A stretch of DNA of 64,000 nt from an uncultured bacterium (GTDB lineage: Bacteria; Verrucomicrobiota; Verrucomicrobiia; Limisphaerales; UBA8199), in NCBI GenBank assembly GCA_963749495.1, contig CAVVMW010000004.1, positions 1 to 64,000 on the forward strand, given 5' to 3'. The notes under the pieces were generated by a model. That model searched no databases. It had not been told where the DNA came from and saw only the letters and a list, made by a program, of their open reading frames with translations. Below, one piece after another: positions 1 to 9,392 of the stretch (its first letter is position 1; each line of letters opens with the position of its first letter). Position numbers and translations under genes: made by a program.

Positions 1-35
1 AGGGCATCGGCATCCGGATCAATCGTCAGTTTCAT
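1..35 (-). CDS. DUF2283-like putative antitoxin, N-terminus only (runs off window)
   Basis: Reads MKLTIDPDADAL; ATG overlaps the TGA of the upstream DUF4258-like gene (ATGA). Confidence 0.7.
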   Translation of the reverse strand, partial: MKLTIDPDADA

Positions 36-283
36 AATCTTCCTTTCATGCTTCTGTCGAAATGCACCGTGAGGATCTTGACCGGATTCGTCCGCGGGTC
101 ACACACGACGCGCAGCACACGATAACCCCAACCGGCAATGGCTGCCAAGCAGTGTTCAGTGGCCGGATCCTCCGCATCCTGCTCGGTGAGTTGCGGGCTG
201 GCGAGGGCCTGCTCCACCCGAGCCGCTTCTATCTTTCGCTCCCGCATGCGAACGAGCGCATGGTGGGTCAATTGGTACCTCAC
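32..283 (-). CDS. DUF4258-like (RelE-fold) putative toxin
   Basis: 83 aa, LTHHALVRMRERKI...RVLRVV...KILTVHFDR; paired with DUF2283-like gene. Confidence 0.75.
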   Translation of the reverse strand: MRYQLTHHALVRMRERKIEAARVEQALASPQLTEQDAEDPATEHCLAAIAGWGYRVLRVVCDPRTNPVKILTVHFDRSMKGRL

Positions 284-466
284 AAGTTTGCCTCCAATGA
301 AATTCGTTTGCCATGGTCGTTGGACGTTGCGCGGGGATGATAGACCTGGCGCACGGGGGTTGGAAGGAAAAGAATGAAGGCAGGATGTTTGTGGTTGGGG
401 GGGTGACCCCCTGCCCGTGGTATGAAATAATCAATGCAGCTTGCGACCTTTATTCCTTGACGGCTC

Positions 467-676
467 CTAAAGCCTGGTCTTGATCCCGCAGGCGCGCACG
501 AGGCACCAACCGCGCGCGGCCTCGTACAGAGCGAATAACCCGGCCAGCATCAACCCGACGCACAGCCAGCCGATGGCGCGCCGGAGCGCCAAGCCCAAAC
601 CCATCAACGCGAGGCCCCATAGGGCCCGCGCGACCCGCCCGCGCCAATCAATGTTGCGCGCAAAGAAGTTGCTCAT
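467..676 (-). CDS. Small membrane protein, DUF2892/YgaP-like
   Basis: MSNFFARNIDWRGRVAR, two hydrophobic helices, GWC...ACGIKTRL C-terminus. Confidence 0.7.
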   Translation of the reverse strand: MSNFFARNIDWRGRVARALWGLALMGLGLALRRAIGWLCVGLMLAGLFALYEAARGWCLVRACGIKTRL

Positions 677-736
677 ACAGTCAGTTACCGCACCCCCGCC
701 CAACTGGCAAGCGAGCCGAGGAGCGCCCCAGAGCAG

Positions 737-905
737 GGCCGCTGACGAAGTGGTAGCGCAGGTTTCCAAACCTGCCGTATCGCCGATTTCCAAATCGGCA
801 GCGCCTCGACATATCGAGCGCGCCCGGTTTGCGGACGGCCTGCCGGTTTGGAAACCCGCGATACAGCAGACTTGGAAGTCTGCGCTACGCTGGCGCCCCT
901 GGCGC
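737..905. repeat. Palindromic REP/MITE-like element, family A (GTAGCGCAGGTTTCCAAACCTG...CAGACTTGGAAGTCTGCGCTAC)
   Basis: Internal inverted repeats; near-identical copy at 61430-61629. Confidence 0.85.
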
Positions 906-1007
906 GCCGCAGCGCCAACCCCAAACCAATCAACGCGAGGCCCCACAGAGCCGCACGACCCGCCCGCGCCAATCAATGTTGCGCGCAGAGAATTTCCTAT
1001 TCGTCAT
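900..1007 (-). pseudogene. 5' fragment of a second allele of the DUF2892-like gene
   Basis: MTNRKFSARNIDWRGRVV..LWGLALIGLGLALRRA aligns to 574-668; cut by the family A element. Confidence 0.75.
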
Positions 1008-1037
1008 TCGTCATTCGTCATTCGTCATTCGTCATTC
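1001..1037. repeat. Heptamer tandem repeat (TCGTCAT)x5
   Basis: Direct reading; same array at 4830-4864. Confidence 0.9.
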
Positions 1038-1727
1038 CGTCCGCTGCCCGCCCGCCGCCTGCCCGCACACGCACACCGTCTTGATATTGACAAACTCGCG
1101 CAGGCCCAGGACGCCCAGTTCACGGCCGTAGCCGGACTGTTTGACGCCGCCAAAGGGCAGCCGAGGGTCGGAGGCGACCATTGCGTTGACGAAGGCCAGG
1201 CCCGATTCGATGCGCTCGATGAACATCTCGCGCTCGGCTTGGTCGTTGGTCCAGGCGCTGGCCCCCAGCCCGAACCGGGTGTCATTGGCCAGCCGGAGGG
1301 CCTCCTCCATGTTTGGCGCGCGGAACAGCGATGCAACCGGTCCGAAGAGTTCCTCCTGGTGCGCGGGCGAGCCCGGCGGGATGTTCTTGAGCACCGTCGG
1401 CGCGAAGAAGAAGCCGGGCCGGTCCAGGCGCTTGCCGCCCAGCAGCACCTGCGCGCCCAGGCCCACCGTCCGGTCCACCTGTTCCGAAAGCGTCTCCAGC
1501 ACCTCGGCCGTGGCCAGCGGACCAACGTCGGTGGTCTCGTCCATCGGGTCACCCACCTTGAGCGCCGCCATGCCCCGGACGAACCGGCGTTCGAACTCGT
1601 CGGCGATGGCCTCGTGTACCGATGAAGCGCTTGGCTGCGATGCAGGATTGCCCGTTGTTGATCGTCCGCGCCTGGACGGCGGTCGCCACTGCCCGGTCCA
1701 GGTCCGCGCTGGGCATGACGATGAACG
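1032..1727 (-). pseudogene. NAD(P)-dependent aldehyde (succinate-semialdehyde) dehydrogenase, C-terminal half only
   Basis: [13 protein letters not shown]...[12 protein letters not shown] (catalytic Cys), EELFGPV, PFGGVKQSGYGRE; N-terminal half absent; frameshift ~1620. Confidence 0.8.
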
Positions 1728-1729
1728 AG

Positions 1730-1804
1730 GAAAGGGGTCAGTTAATGAGAATGTACTATTCTGATCAGAAAGCTAATATGACAATCTCATTGACCGAGCC
1801 TTTC
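1730..1804. mobile_element. 75-bp AT-rich mini-element with imperfect terminal inverted repeats
   Basis: GAAAGGGGTCAGTTAATGAGAATGT...ACAATCTCATTGACCGAGCCTTTC; same GAAAGGGGTCAG end as at 62028-62039. Confidence 0.55.
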
Positions 1805-1815
1805 ACTTTCATGTT

Positions 1816-4784
1816 TCACACCAGGCAGAAGACCTTGCAATAGACCTCGTGTATGGCCCTGCGCCACTGGGCGACGGCCTCGCGGAAGGCCTCAGGGGTG
1901 GGAAAACCGCAGCGGACCGAGACCCGGTAATACGGGGCGGGGTCGTCCGGCAGGACGGTCTCGCCCTCGTAGCTCCAACGGCGCAGGATGCCCTCGACGC
2001 GCCGCAAGCGGCGGTAGTTTTCGATGAGGACCTCCGCGCCGGGCAGGACACCCTGGGCGCGGGCCCGTTCCAGGGCAAGGAGGGTATTGGCCTGCTGCCA
2101 GCCGTGCTCCAGGCAGAGGGCCTGCGCAATGAATTCGGCATCCACCAGGCCCCCGCACCCGGTCTTGATGGCCAGCGGGTCTTTGCCCGGGGGCGTGCGC
2201 TCCTTTTCGATGCGCAAGCGCATTCGGTGGACGGCGGATTTCCAATCCGGCGTGTAAGCCGCCAGGGGAAGGCTGGGCCGGCTGAAATCGGTGAGCGTGG
2301 CGGCGACTTCCTGAAATCTGGCCCCGAGCGTCAGATCGCCCGCGACTGGGCGCGCGCGGGTCAGCGCCTGGATTTCCCAAAGCGCGGCGCGCGCACGGTA
2401 ATACTCCTCGTACGCCGCCAGCGTATTGACCAGCAGTCCCTTCTCGCCGTCGGGCCGCAGGCGCGCGTCGGTGTGAAACACGACACCTTGCTCTGTGCGC
2501 CTGGAGAGCAGGTCCATCACAGCCAGCGCCTGTTGCGCCGCCTTCCTCAGGTCCTGGGTCCTCGGACCCGCCACGAAGACGATGTCCAGGTCCGAGCCGT
2601 AGTCAATTTCAGCCCCGCCGAGTTTGCCCAGCCCGATGATGACAAACGGGGGGGTCCTGAGCTTGTCCAGGCGCATGACCACCTCCAGCGCGTATTGCAG
2701 GCAGGCGTCGGCCAGGGCGGAGAGTTCGCTCAGGTACTGCTCGAAGTCGGCCAGGCCGAGGATGTCGCGCAACCCGATGCGCATCAACTCCGCCTGGTGA
2801 TAGCGCCGCAGCCACAGGTGCTGGTCTGGGTCGGCCAGGCCGTGGCGGAGGTCGCGCAGGGTCTCCTGGGCGGTCTTGCGCTGGCGCAGGCGTCCGCTGG
2901 TCACCAACTCGTCCACCAGGTCCGGCGTGCGAATCGCCAGTTCCGCCAGGAACTCCGAGCGATCAAACAACCTCAGCAGCAGGTCAAAGATGGCCGGGTT
3001 GCTGGCCCACAACTCCAAGAGCGTCGCCCGGGCCCCATAAGCCGCGATGAAGCTATCCAGCCGCGTCACCACCCGGTCCGGATCCGAGAGCCTGCCCTGC
3101 TCCCCTCCGCCCTCGCCCCTCGCCCCTCGCCCCTCGCCCCTCGCCCCTCGCCCCTCGGTCATGCCAAAGAGCCTCGGCAACAACTGATACGCCAGTTCCG
3201 TCGTCCGGGGCGAGACATGGACGTAGCCCGGACCCTCGACGAATTCCCGCAAAACGCGGAAGGTCCGCTCGACGTCGCGGAAGGAGTGGGCGGCCAGGAA
3301 TTGCTTCCACCGGGCCTCGGCGCCGGCGAATTCGCGCGGGAACGGCCAGGCGGCCTGGGCTGCAGGCGCTTCGGCTTTGAGCAGCCTTTCGAAGATCCGC
3401 CGCACATTGGCGGTGCGCGCCCGGTGGGCGGCCTCGAAGTGCTTGAGCGAGGGCAGGCCCATGAGGCGGGCCAGCCGCTCCTGGGCGTGCCGGGCGGCCG
3501 GGATGGTGTGAGTCTGGAGATTATTCTCCATCTGGAGCCGATGCTCGACCTTGCGCAGGAAGGCATAGGCCCGCGTGAGTGTCTGCGCCTGGTCCTTGGA
3601 GAGGTGTTCGGTACTGCGCCAGCTTGGCCAGGCACGGGACGGTCTGGCGGCCCTGCAAAAACGGCTGCCGGCCCGCGTGCAGCACCTGCTGGGACTGGGC
3701 GATGAACTCGATTTCCCGGATGCCGCCCCGCCCGAGCTTGACGTTGCGCTCCAGTTCGCCCGCCTTGACGACCTCGCTCTCGATGCGGTCCTTGACCGCC
3801 GCCACCTCGCGCAGCACCCCTTCGCTGATCGAGCGCGGGTAGCGGAACGGCTGGACCATATCGAGAAACTCGGCGCCCAGCACGCCATCGCCGGCGACCA
3901 CTCGCGCCTTGATGAGCATCATGCGTTCCCAGGTCTGCCCCCACTGGGCGTAGTAATTCTCGTAACTCCCAAGCGAACGGCTCAGAGGCCCGGCATCTCC
4001 CTCGGGGCGCAGCCGCAAGTCAATGCGGTAGAGCGCGCCCTCGGCGGTCAGGCGCGAGACCTCCGCAATGAGCGCCTCCGCCAGGCGGTTGAAGAATTGG
4101 TGGTTGCTCAGCAGGGCGCGCGGCGCCTTGCCCTGGCCCGGCGGCCCCTTGAACACGCTCCCCTCCTCGCTATAGATGAAGATGACATCAACGTCCGAGC
4201 TGTAGTTGAGCTCCTGCCCGCCCAGCTTGCCCAGGCCCAGGACGCAACCCGCAGTCAGCGCCCAGCGTCCGGGTGCTTCCTCGTGATACGGCGCGCCGCA
4301 GCGGTCGGTGAGTTGGGCGCGGCAGATTTGCCAGAACACTGTCCAGGCAAACGTCCGCCAGGTCCGACAGCTCGCGGGTAATCTCGGCAACCTCGCCCAG
4401 CCCCGCCAGGTCGCGCGCGCCTATCCGCAGGAGTTGCCGCTGCTTGAACTGCCGTGTCTGCCGGAGCGCCTGGGGGTAATCGCGCCGCGCGAGGAGCGGC
4501 CCCAGCCAGCCGCCCACTTCATTCTGGAAACCCTGCTCCCGGCGCGGGTGCCGGAGCGCCCCGGCCTCCAGGGCCCCCAGCCAGTCCGGGTGGGCCACTA
4601 ACAGGGCACTCAGGGCCTCCGACCCGCTGAAGAGCGCGGCCAGGATGCGCGCCTGCTCCGCAGAGGGCGCCGCCAGCCACGCCGCCGCGCCGCTCCCCGC
4701 CAGCAGGTCCAAATAGTGCCTCGCCCGCTGCGGGTCCGCACAGGACTTGATGGCGTTTGCCCAGACCGGATGTTTTGTTGGCAT
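1816..4784 (-). CDS. glnE: Glutamine synthetase adenylyltransferase/adenylyl-removing enzyme (frameshifts ~4335 and ~3610)
   Basis: Two nucleotidyltransferase domains: LGKLGGQELNYSSDVD / DLRLRPEG and LGKLGGAEIDYGSDLD / DARLRPDG; KLGRGGIREIEF. Confidence 0.92.
3114..3155. repeat. Heptamer tandem repeat (CGCCCCT)x6 inside glnE
   Basis: 42 bp, translated in frame as EGRGARGEGRGARGEG. Confidence 0.9.
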
Positions 4785-4829
4785 GCTCAGGGAATTAACA
4801 GGAGGCAACGGAGGAAACAGAGTTCTTGC

Positions 4830-4864
4830 TCGTCATTCGTCATTCGTCATTCGTCATTCGTCAT
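4830..4864. repeat. Heptamer tandem repeat (TCGTCAT)x5
   Basis: Direct reading; supplies the stop codon of the glycosyltransferase. Confidence 0.9.
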
Positions 4865-5831
4865 TCCTCATCCGTTCCACTTTCACCGGCACCGCGGCCG
4901 CCGTCCCGGCCGGCCTCAACCGCGTGAACAAGCCGCGCCAGAAGCCATAGCCATAGAGCAGGTGCGTCAACATGACCAGCGGCGCCGCCGCCAGGGCGCG
5001 GAAGAGCCCCCCGGCCAGGCCAGCACGAGCGTTTGCGCCAGCACTGCCAGGGCATAGGCCGCCAGCGGCGCCAGCCACCATTTTCCCCAGGGCGTCAGCG
5101 CGGCCAGGAACGGCAGCGCCACCAGATAGACCAGAAAGAGCGGCGGCACCAAATTGACGGCCGAGCCGGGCGTAGGGTTGACGCGGAACTGCTCGGCCCT
5201 GCCCCGGCCATAGGTCTTGAGCATCCTGCAAAAGGCCCTGAGCGAGGAGCGCGGCCGGCGATGGACGATAAGTTGCGGGTCGTAGATGAGCTTGCCGCCC
5301 CGCTTCTGCAGTTGGTCCATGAGCGCATTTTCCTCATTCGGATAAAGCGCCTCGTTGAACCCGCCCAGCTCGAGCAGGGCATCGCGCCGCGCAACCAGGT
5401 TGCAGAGGATCAACTCCTTCTCACTGGTCGGACGCGCGGCGCCGACCGGGGCGTACCGCGCGCGGCTCGGCCCGAAGGCCAGCCAACTGCTCAGGACCAG
5501 GGCAAAGACCTGCTCCAGGCCGGGGGCCTCCGCGGGGCACAGGTTGGGTCCCCCGGCCATCATCACCCGGGGGTCCGCGAACCACGCGGCCGCCCGGCGC
5601 AGGCTGGCGGGCTCCGGGCACCGAGTCATCGTCCAGGAAATAAATCAACTCTCCCTGGGCCGCCCTGAGCCCGGCATTGCGCTGCGCCGAAGGCTGCTTG
5701 CCGCGCGCCACAAGGATCTCCAGCCGCCCTCGAGGATACTCCAGGGCGCGCCCGGCGCTCAGCGCCCGGACCTCCCCCTGCCCCGGCCGCGCCGCTATCA
5801 GCACCGTCACGCTCGGCACGCTCTCGTTCAC
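4854..5831 (-). CDS. Glycosyltransferase family 2 with C-terminal membrane helices (frameshifts ~5622, ~5022)
   Basis: SVTVLIAA, QRNAGLRAAQGELIYFLDDD, LGGFNEALYPNEE, IVHRRPR. Confidence 0.85.
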
Positions 5832-6011
5832 GTGCAGAGGCTAAGCCGTGCCCGCCCGGAACACAATCTCCGATGACCCCGGCCCGGGGCAGAATAGAGG
5901 AAGGCAAAATCATTGTTGGCAGAATCATTAGGAAAAAAACTCCTTTGCAATGATTCTGCCAATAATGATTCTGCTTTCGTTCCCAGTTATGATTGTGCTG
6001 TTTTTTTCGTT

Positions 6012-6039
6012 TTGACAATCTCCGCAGGGACTATAAATT
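6012..6039 (+). promoter_or_regulatory. Sigma70-type promoter of tRNA-Ala
   Basis: TTGACA 6012-6017 and TAAATT 6034-6039 just upstream of the tRNA. Confidence 0.55.
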
Positions 6040-6054
6040 GCCCCCACTCTGGCT

Positions 6055-6130
6055 GGGGTCGTAGCTCAGTTGGTAGAGCGCCTGAATGGCATTCAGGAGG
6101 TCAGGGGTTCGAACCCCCTCGGCTCCACCA
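6055..6130 (+). tRNA. tRNA-Ala(GGC)
   Basis: GGGGTCGTAGCTCAGTTGGTAGAGCG, anticodon arm CCTGA-ATGGCAT-TCAGG, GGTTCGAA T-loop, encoded CCA. Confidence 0.97.
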
Positions 6131-6234
6131 CCTTCCGGAGCGGCTGAATTGGCCTGTGAGGCACATTCTGGGTGTGGTTGGCAAGGTTTACAAGGTTGAC
6201 AATTCTCCAACCCCGCTCTATGGTTCCAATTGTT

Positions 6235-6813
6235 ATGGGAATCGCAGTTGAGAAGCGGGAGGGCAAAGCCAAGCTGCCTGCGAACGAGCAAGCCATGGTG
6301 GATGAATTCGCCGGCGTGATGCGCAAACATCGGGGTCAAGACCCAACGACCGTCGCGCGGTTGCTGAACGTCGCCTTCGACCTTTCCACCGGGCCGAGAG
6401 AATCCCGGGAGAGCAAAGTCGCGAGGGCGGTCGTCCGCGGGCTGGAAACTCGTCAAAGGCTGGCGGAAGCGGAGGGAGGCAGCTTGTCCTCCGAGGAGGT
6501 GGCCCGCCTGCTCGGGATTTCGAAGACCGCCGTGTTGAAGAGGCTCGATGGCGGCCGGCTGCTGGCGTGGCGGGAAGAACGGCTGCAAGCGGCGCGCTTT
6601 CCGCGCTGGCAATTCGATCAGCACGGCCAGGTGCTGGCAGACCTGGAGCAAGTGCTGCCCATCCTCGACCAGGATGAGCGCCTGGATGCTTGGGGGAAGA
6701 TACTTTTCTTTTTGCAGGAAAAGCGCAGTCTGGGGGGCCGGCGGCCTTTGGACTTGCTGCGCGAAGGCAGACTGATGGAAGTTTTCCTGGCTGCCCAGGC
6801 GTATGCCGAGTAA
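6235..6813 (+). CDS. Putative antitoxin (HTH plus Xre/MbcA/ParS-like C-terminus); start uncertain
   Basis: LSSEEVARLLGISKTAV HTH, FPRWQF, LGGRRPLDLLREG; overlaps the RES gene. Confidence 0.75.
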   Translation: MGIAVEKREGKAKLPANEQAMVDEFAGVMRKHRGQDPTTVARLLNVAFDLSTGPRESRESKVARAVVRGLETRQRLAEAEGGSLSSEEVARLLGISKTAVLKRLDGGRLLAWREERLQAARFPRWQFDQHGQVLADLEQVLPILDQDERLDAWGKILFFLQEKRSLGGRRPLDLLREGRLMEVFLAAQAYAE

Positions 6814-7414
6814 GCGGAAGCCGGCGCGCACCCAACTGACGCCCGGCGCGGACTTCGATCACCAGGTGATTCCGGTCACGCGGCAAGCGCAGCGTAGTTG
6901 GTTCCGGGTGCATAAATCGGGGGTGCCGGCAGTTCTGTTCGGAAAGCTCCCGCACCACCGGTTTTCTCATCCCAACTGTCCATTCCCTCTGCTGTACGTC
7001 GGGGCGACCATCCAGACGTGCCTTTGGGAGGTTTTCGGGGATGATGTCTTTCAGGGGAACCGCGCCATCCCCGCTGGAAAGTGGCAGGGATGCTGCGTCA
7101 GCCAAATTCTTGTCCCGGCACTAAGAGTGTGCGCGGTCAGTCTGGAGCGAACCCGGGACGCGATGAGCGTGGACAAAGCCAGCCTCCTGGCGGCAGACCT
7201 GACCATTCCGCAGGCATGGGGCCTGGCGGTTCAAGGACACCCGGCAGGTTTTGAGGCCATCAAGTATGCGAGCCGGTTCCTGGATCAGTCCTGCTTGGCC
7301 TTGTTCGATCGCGGAGGGCTGGAATCCAGGCTCCGAGTCAGCGTTCTGGGTGCTTTGACCCGCCTCGACGCTGCCGTTGACTGGCTCGACGAGCGAAAGG
7401 CGGCGCTGGTGTAA
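6803..7414 (+). CDS. RES-domain toxin (NAD+-consuming family)
   Basis: WFRVH, HRFS, LYVG..TCLWEVF, AIKYASR..CLALFDR. Confidence 0.8.
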   Translation: MPSKRKPARTQLTPGADFDHQVIPVTRQAQRSWFRVHKSGVPAVLFGKLPHHRFSHPNCPFPLLYVGATIQTCLWEVFGDDVFQGNRAIPAGKWQGCCVSQILVPALRVCAVSLERTRDAMSVDKASLLAADLTIPQAWGLAVQGHPAGFEAIKYASRFLDQSCLALFDRGGLESRLRVSVLGALTRLDAAVDWLDERKAALV

Positions 7415-7576
7415 GCCGCTCGTTCCAGACGGGACGCTCAATCATGCAGGCACACTTTACATTTAAACGTCCATATGTAAAGTGCGGTTTCGTTGGTCGT
7501 GTGGCTTCCGGGGCTGAGGCGCGCCGGCCCCAAGACCACCTGGACCAGCCGGCGCTCTCTATTCGTTCGGCGCAGG

Positions 7577-7858
7577 TCAATCTTTCTGTCGTTCCAAGTG
7601 AAGCAAGGCGGCTTCCAAGTCTGGATCGCGGCCTTGGAACAGGTCCTCGACGGTCCATTTGACCGGCACGGTGGGTTTGAGGGGCCGGCTTTCGATGAGT
7701 TGGCCGTTGAGGTTCCAGACCTGCATGACGCAGAACACGGGGATGAGGCGGGACTTCGCGCTTGCGTGACGCCCTTGTGCGAAATCCTCGGCTTGAGAGA
7801 ATCCGCTCAGGGAAGAGACCGCTGAAGCAACCAATGTGAGGAGGAGCCAACCGTTCAT
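7577..7858 (-). pseudogene. Internally deleted secreted protein, S41-peptidase-like C-terminus
   Basis: Signal peptide joined almost directly to NGQLIESRPLKPTVPV...GRDPDLEAAL. Confidence 0.45.
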
Positions 7859-7933
7859 CGCGCAGCCCTCAAAGAAGGTCTTCGCCAGTGGTTAACGCAA
7901 GATAAAACACAAGCAGCTGCTCAGGGGCGACGA

Positions 7934-8048
7934 GTGGGGCACACCTCCGGTCTGCCGGTTGGAGGGGCCTCTGGCCCCGAGCCCCGCAACTGCAAGGGAC
8001 ACGGAGCCGGAGGCTCCCTGAACCGGCAGACCAGAGGTCTGCCCCACA
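7934..8048. repeat. Palindromic REP-like element
   Basis: GTGGGGCACACCTCCGGTCTGCCGGTT...AACCGGCAGACCAGAGGTCTGCCCCAC. Confidence 0.7.
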
Positions 8049-8062
8049 CTCCTTGCCGCCGA

Positions 8063-8977
8063 TCAAACGTTCAGGGTCTTGAGATAGGCGACACTCTGCT
8101 GCGTCAGTTCCCAGCTTTGCTCGACAAAATAGTTCTTGACTCCGCCCACCTTCGCAGCGGTGAAGGTCTTGACCCAATCGATGCTGCCCCGGCCGAGCGC
8201 AACCTGCGGGTGCCGCCCCCCGCGCCGCCCCGCGGGCGCACCCGCTTGCGACGGAGCCGGAGCCGAGTCCTTCATGTCCACGTCTTGCAGGTGCATGGAG
8301 AAGAAGCGACCGGGGTACTTCAGGAAGTACTCGGCGCCGACCAGGCCGGCCGTGATCGTCAACATCTGGAACTGGAACTTGACCAGCTCCGGATCGAGCA
8401 GGTCCAACAACAGGTCGTAGGTCCGCTTGCCATCGACCATCGAGAGTTCGAAGCCCTCGTTGTGAAGGCCCTGCTGCATGCCGGCCTTGGCCGCCACGGC
8501 GGCGATCTTGTTGTACTCGTCCGCCGCCCTTTTCACCTGGTCGAGCGTTGGCCTGTCGCCCCCGTTCCCGTCGCCCAGGCTGGCGGTGATCATCTGCGTG
8601 ATGCCGATTTGTTTCGCCCACTCGATGCTCTTTTCCTGGCTCTTGCGCAGCTCGCCCATGGTGAAGTGAGAACTCTCGGCTTTCATGCCGTGATCGGCCA
8701 AAACGCCGCTCACTTCCTTCCCATTCGCGAGCGCCGCGAACTCGGCGCCATAACCGATCGGCGAACACAGCTCGAGCCGGGTCACGCCGATCTCGGCTAT
8801 CCGCTTCGTGAACGCAGGAAAGTCCTTGAGCATCGAACGCAGGGGCCAGACCTGGCTCCCAATGGGCAGGCCCAGCGGATTTGCCGCCAGCTTGGCCGCA
8901 CTCGCGAGCAGCAACCCGGCCGCGCCGGAACCGATCGCTGCTCTCTCGATGAATTCCCGTCTGGACATCGCAGTCAT
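8063..8977 (-). CDS. Tat-exported sugar phosphate isomerase/epimerase (xylose-isomerase-like TIM barrel)
   Basis: SRREF twin-arginine motif; GLHNEGFE, MHLQD, LGRGSIDW, YFVEQ. Confidence 0.85.
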   Translation of the reverse strand: MTAMSRREFIERAAIGSGAAGLLLASAAKLAANPLGLPIGSQVWPLRSMLKDFPAFTKRIAEIGVTRLELCSPIGYGAEFAALANGKEVSGVLADHGMKAESSHFTMGELRKSQEKSIEWAKQIGITQMITASLGDGNGGDRPTLDQVKRAADEYNKIAAVAAKAGMQQGLHNEGFELSMVDGKRTYDLLLDLLDPELVKFQFQMLTITAGLVGAEYFLKYPGRFFSMHLQDVDMKDSAPAPSQAGAPAGRRGGRHPQVALGRGSIDWVKTFTAAKVGGVKNYFVEQSWELTQQSVAYLKTLNV

Positions 8978-9014
8978 AAGCACTTTTTCCTTTCTCAAAA
9001 TGGGTTGCAGAATT

Positions 9015-9233
9015 AACCGCAAAGAACGCAGAGATCACAGAGAAACGCAATAACTTTTCCCGGTCTCTGCGTTCTTTGCGTGTGAGATAGAATTCTTCTT
9101 GAACCTCCGGATCGCAGACCTCAGAGCTGATCCGGGCCTTCGATCCTTCGTTTCCTTCGTTTCCTTCTGTTCTTTTCCTGCGTCCCGCCGGCTGGGCACA
9201 GGAACTGAACAGAAGGAAACGAAGGAAACGAAG
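9015..9233. repeat. Two short inverted-repeat units (AACCGCAAAGAACGCAGAG... and CTTCGTTTCCTTC...GAAGGAAACGAAG)
   Basis: Hairpins read directly; first family recurs at 46039-46116. Confidence 0.65.
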
Positions 9234-9392
9234 AGGCGTCCTAATCCGGCGCATCGATCGAGTCCACGCCAGTTCGTATCTGGACTCCTAGACACTTTGT
9301 GTGACGAAAGCCCAGCAAAATCCATCTTGTGACGATGTTTGTCTTCCACCCGCGTTCTTTGGGTTCTTCGCGGTTGGTCTTGCCGCCGGCGC

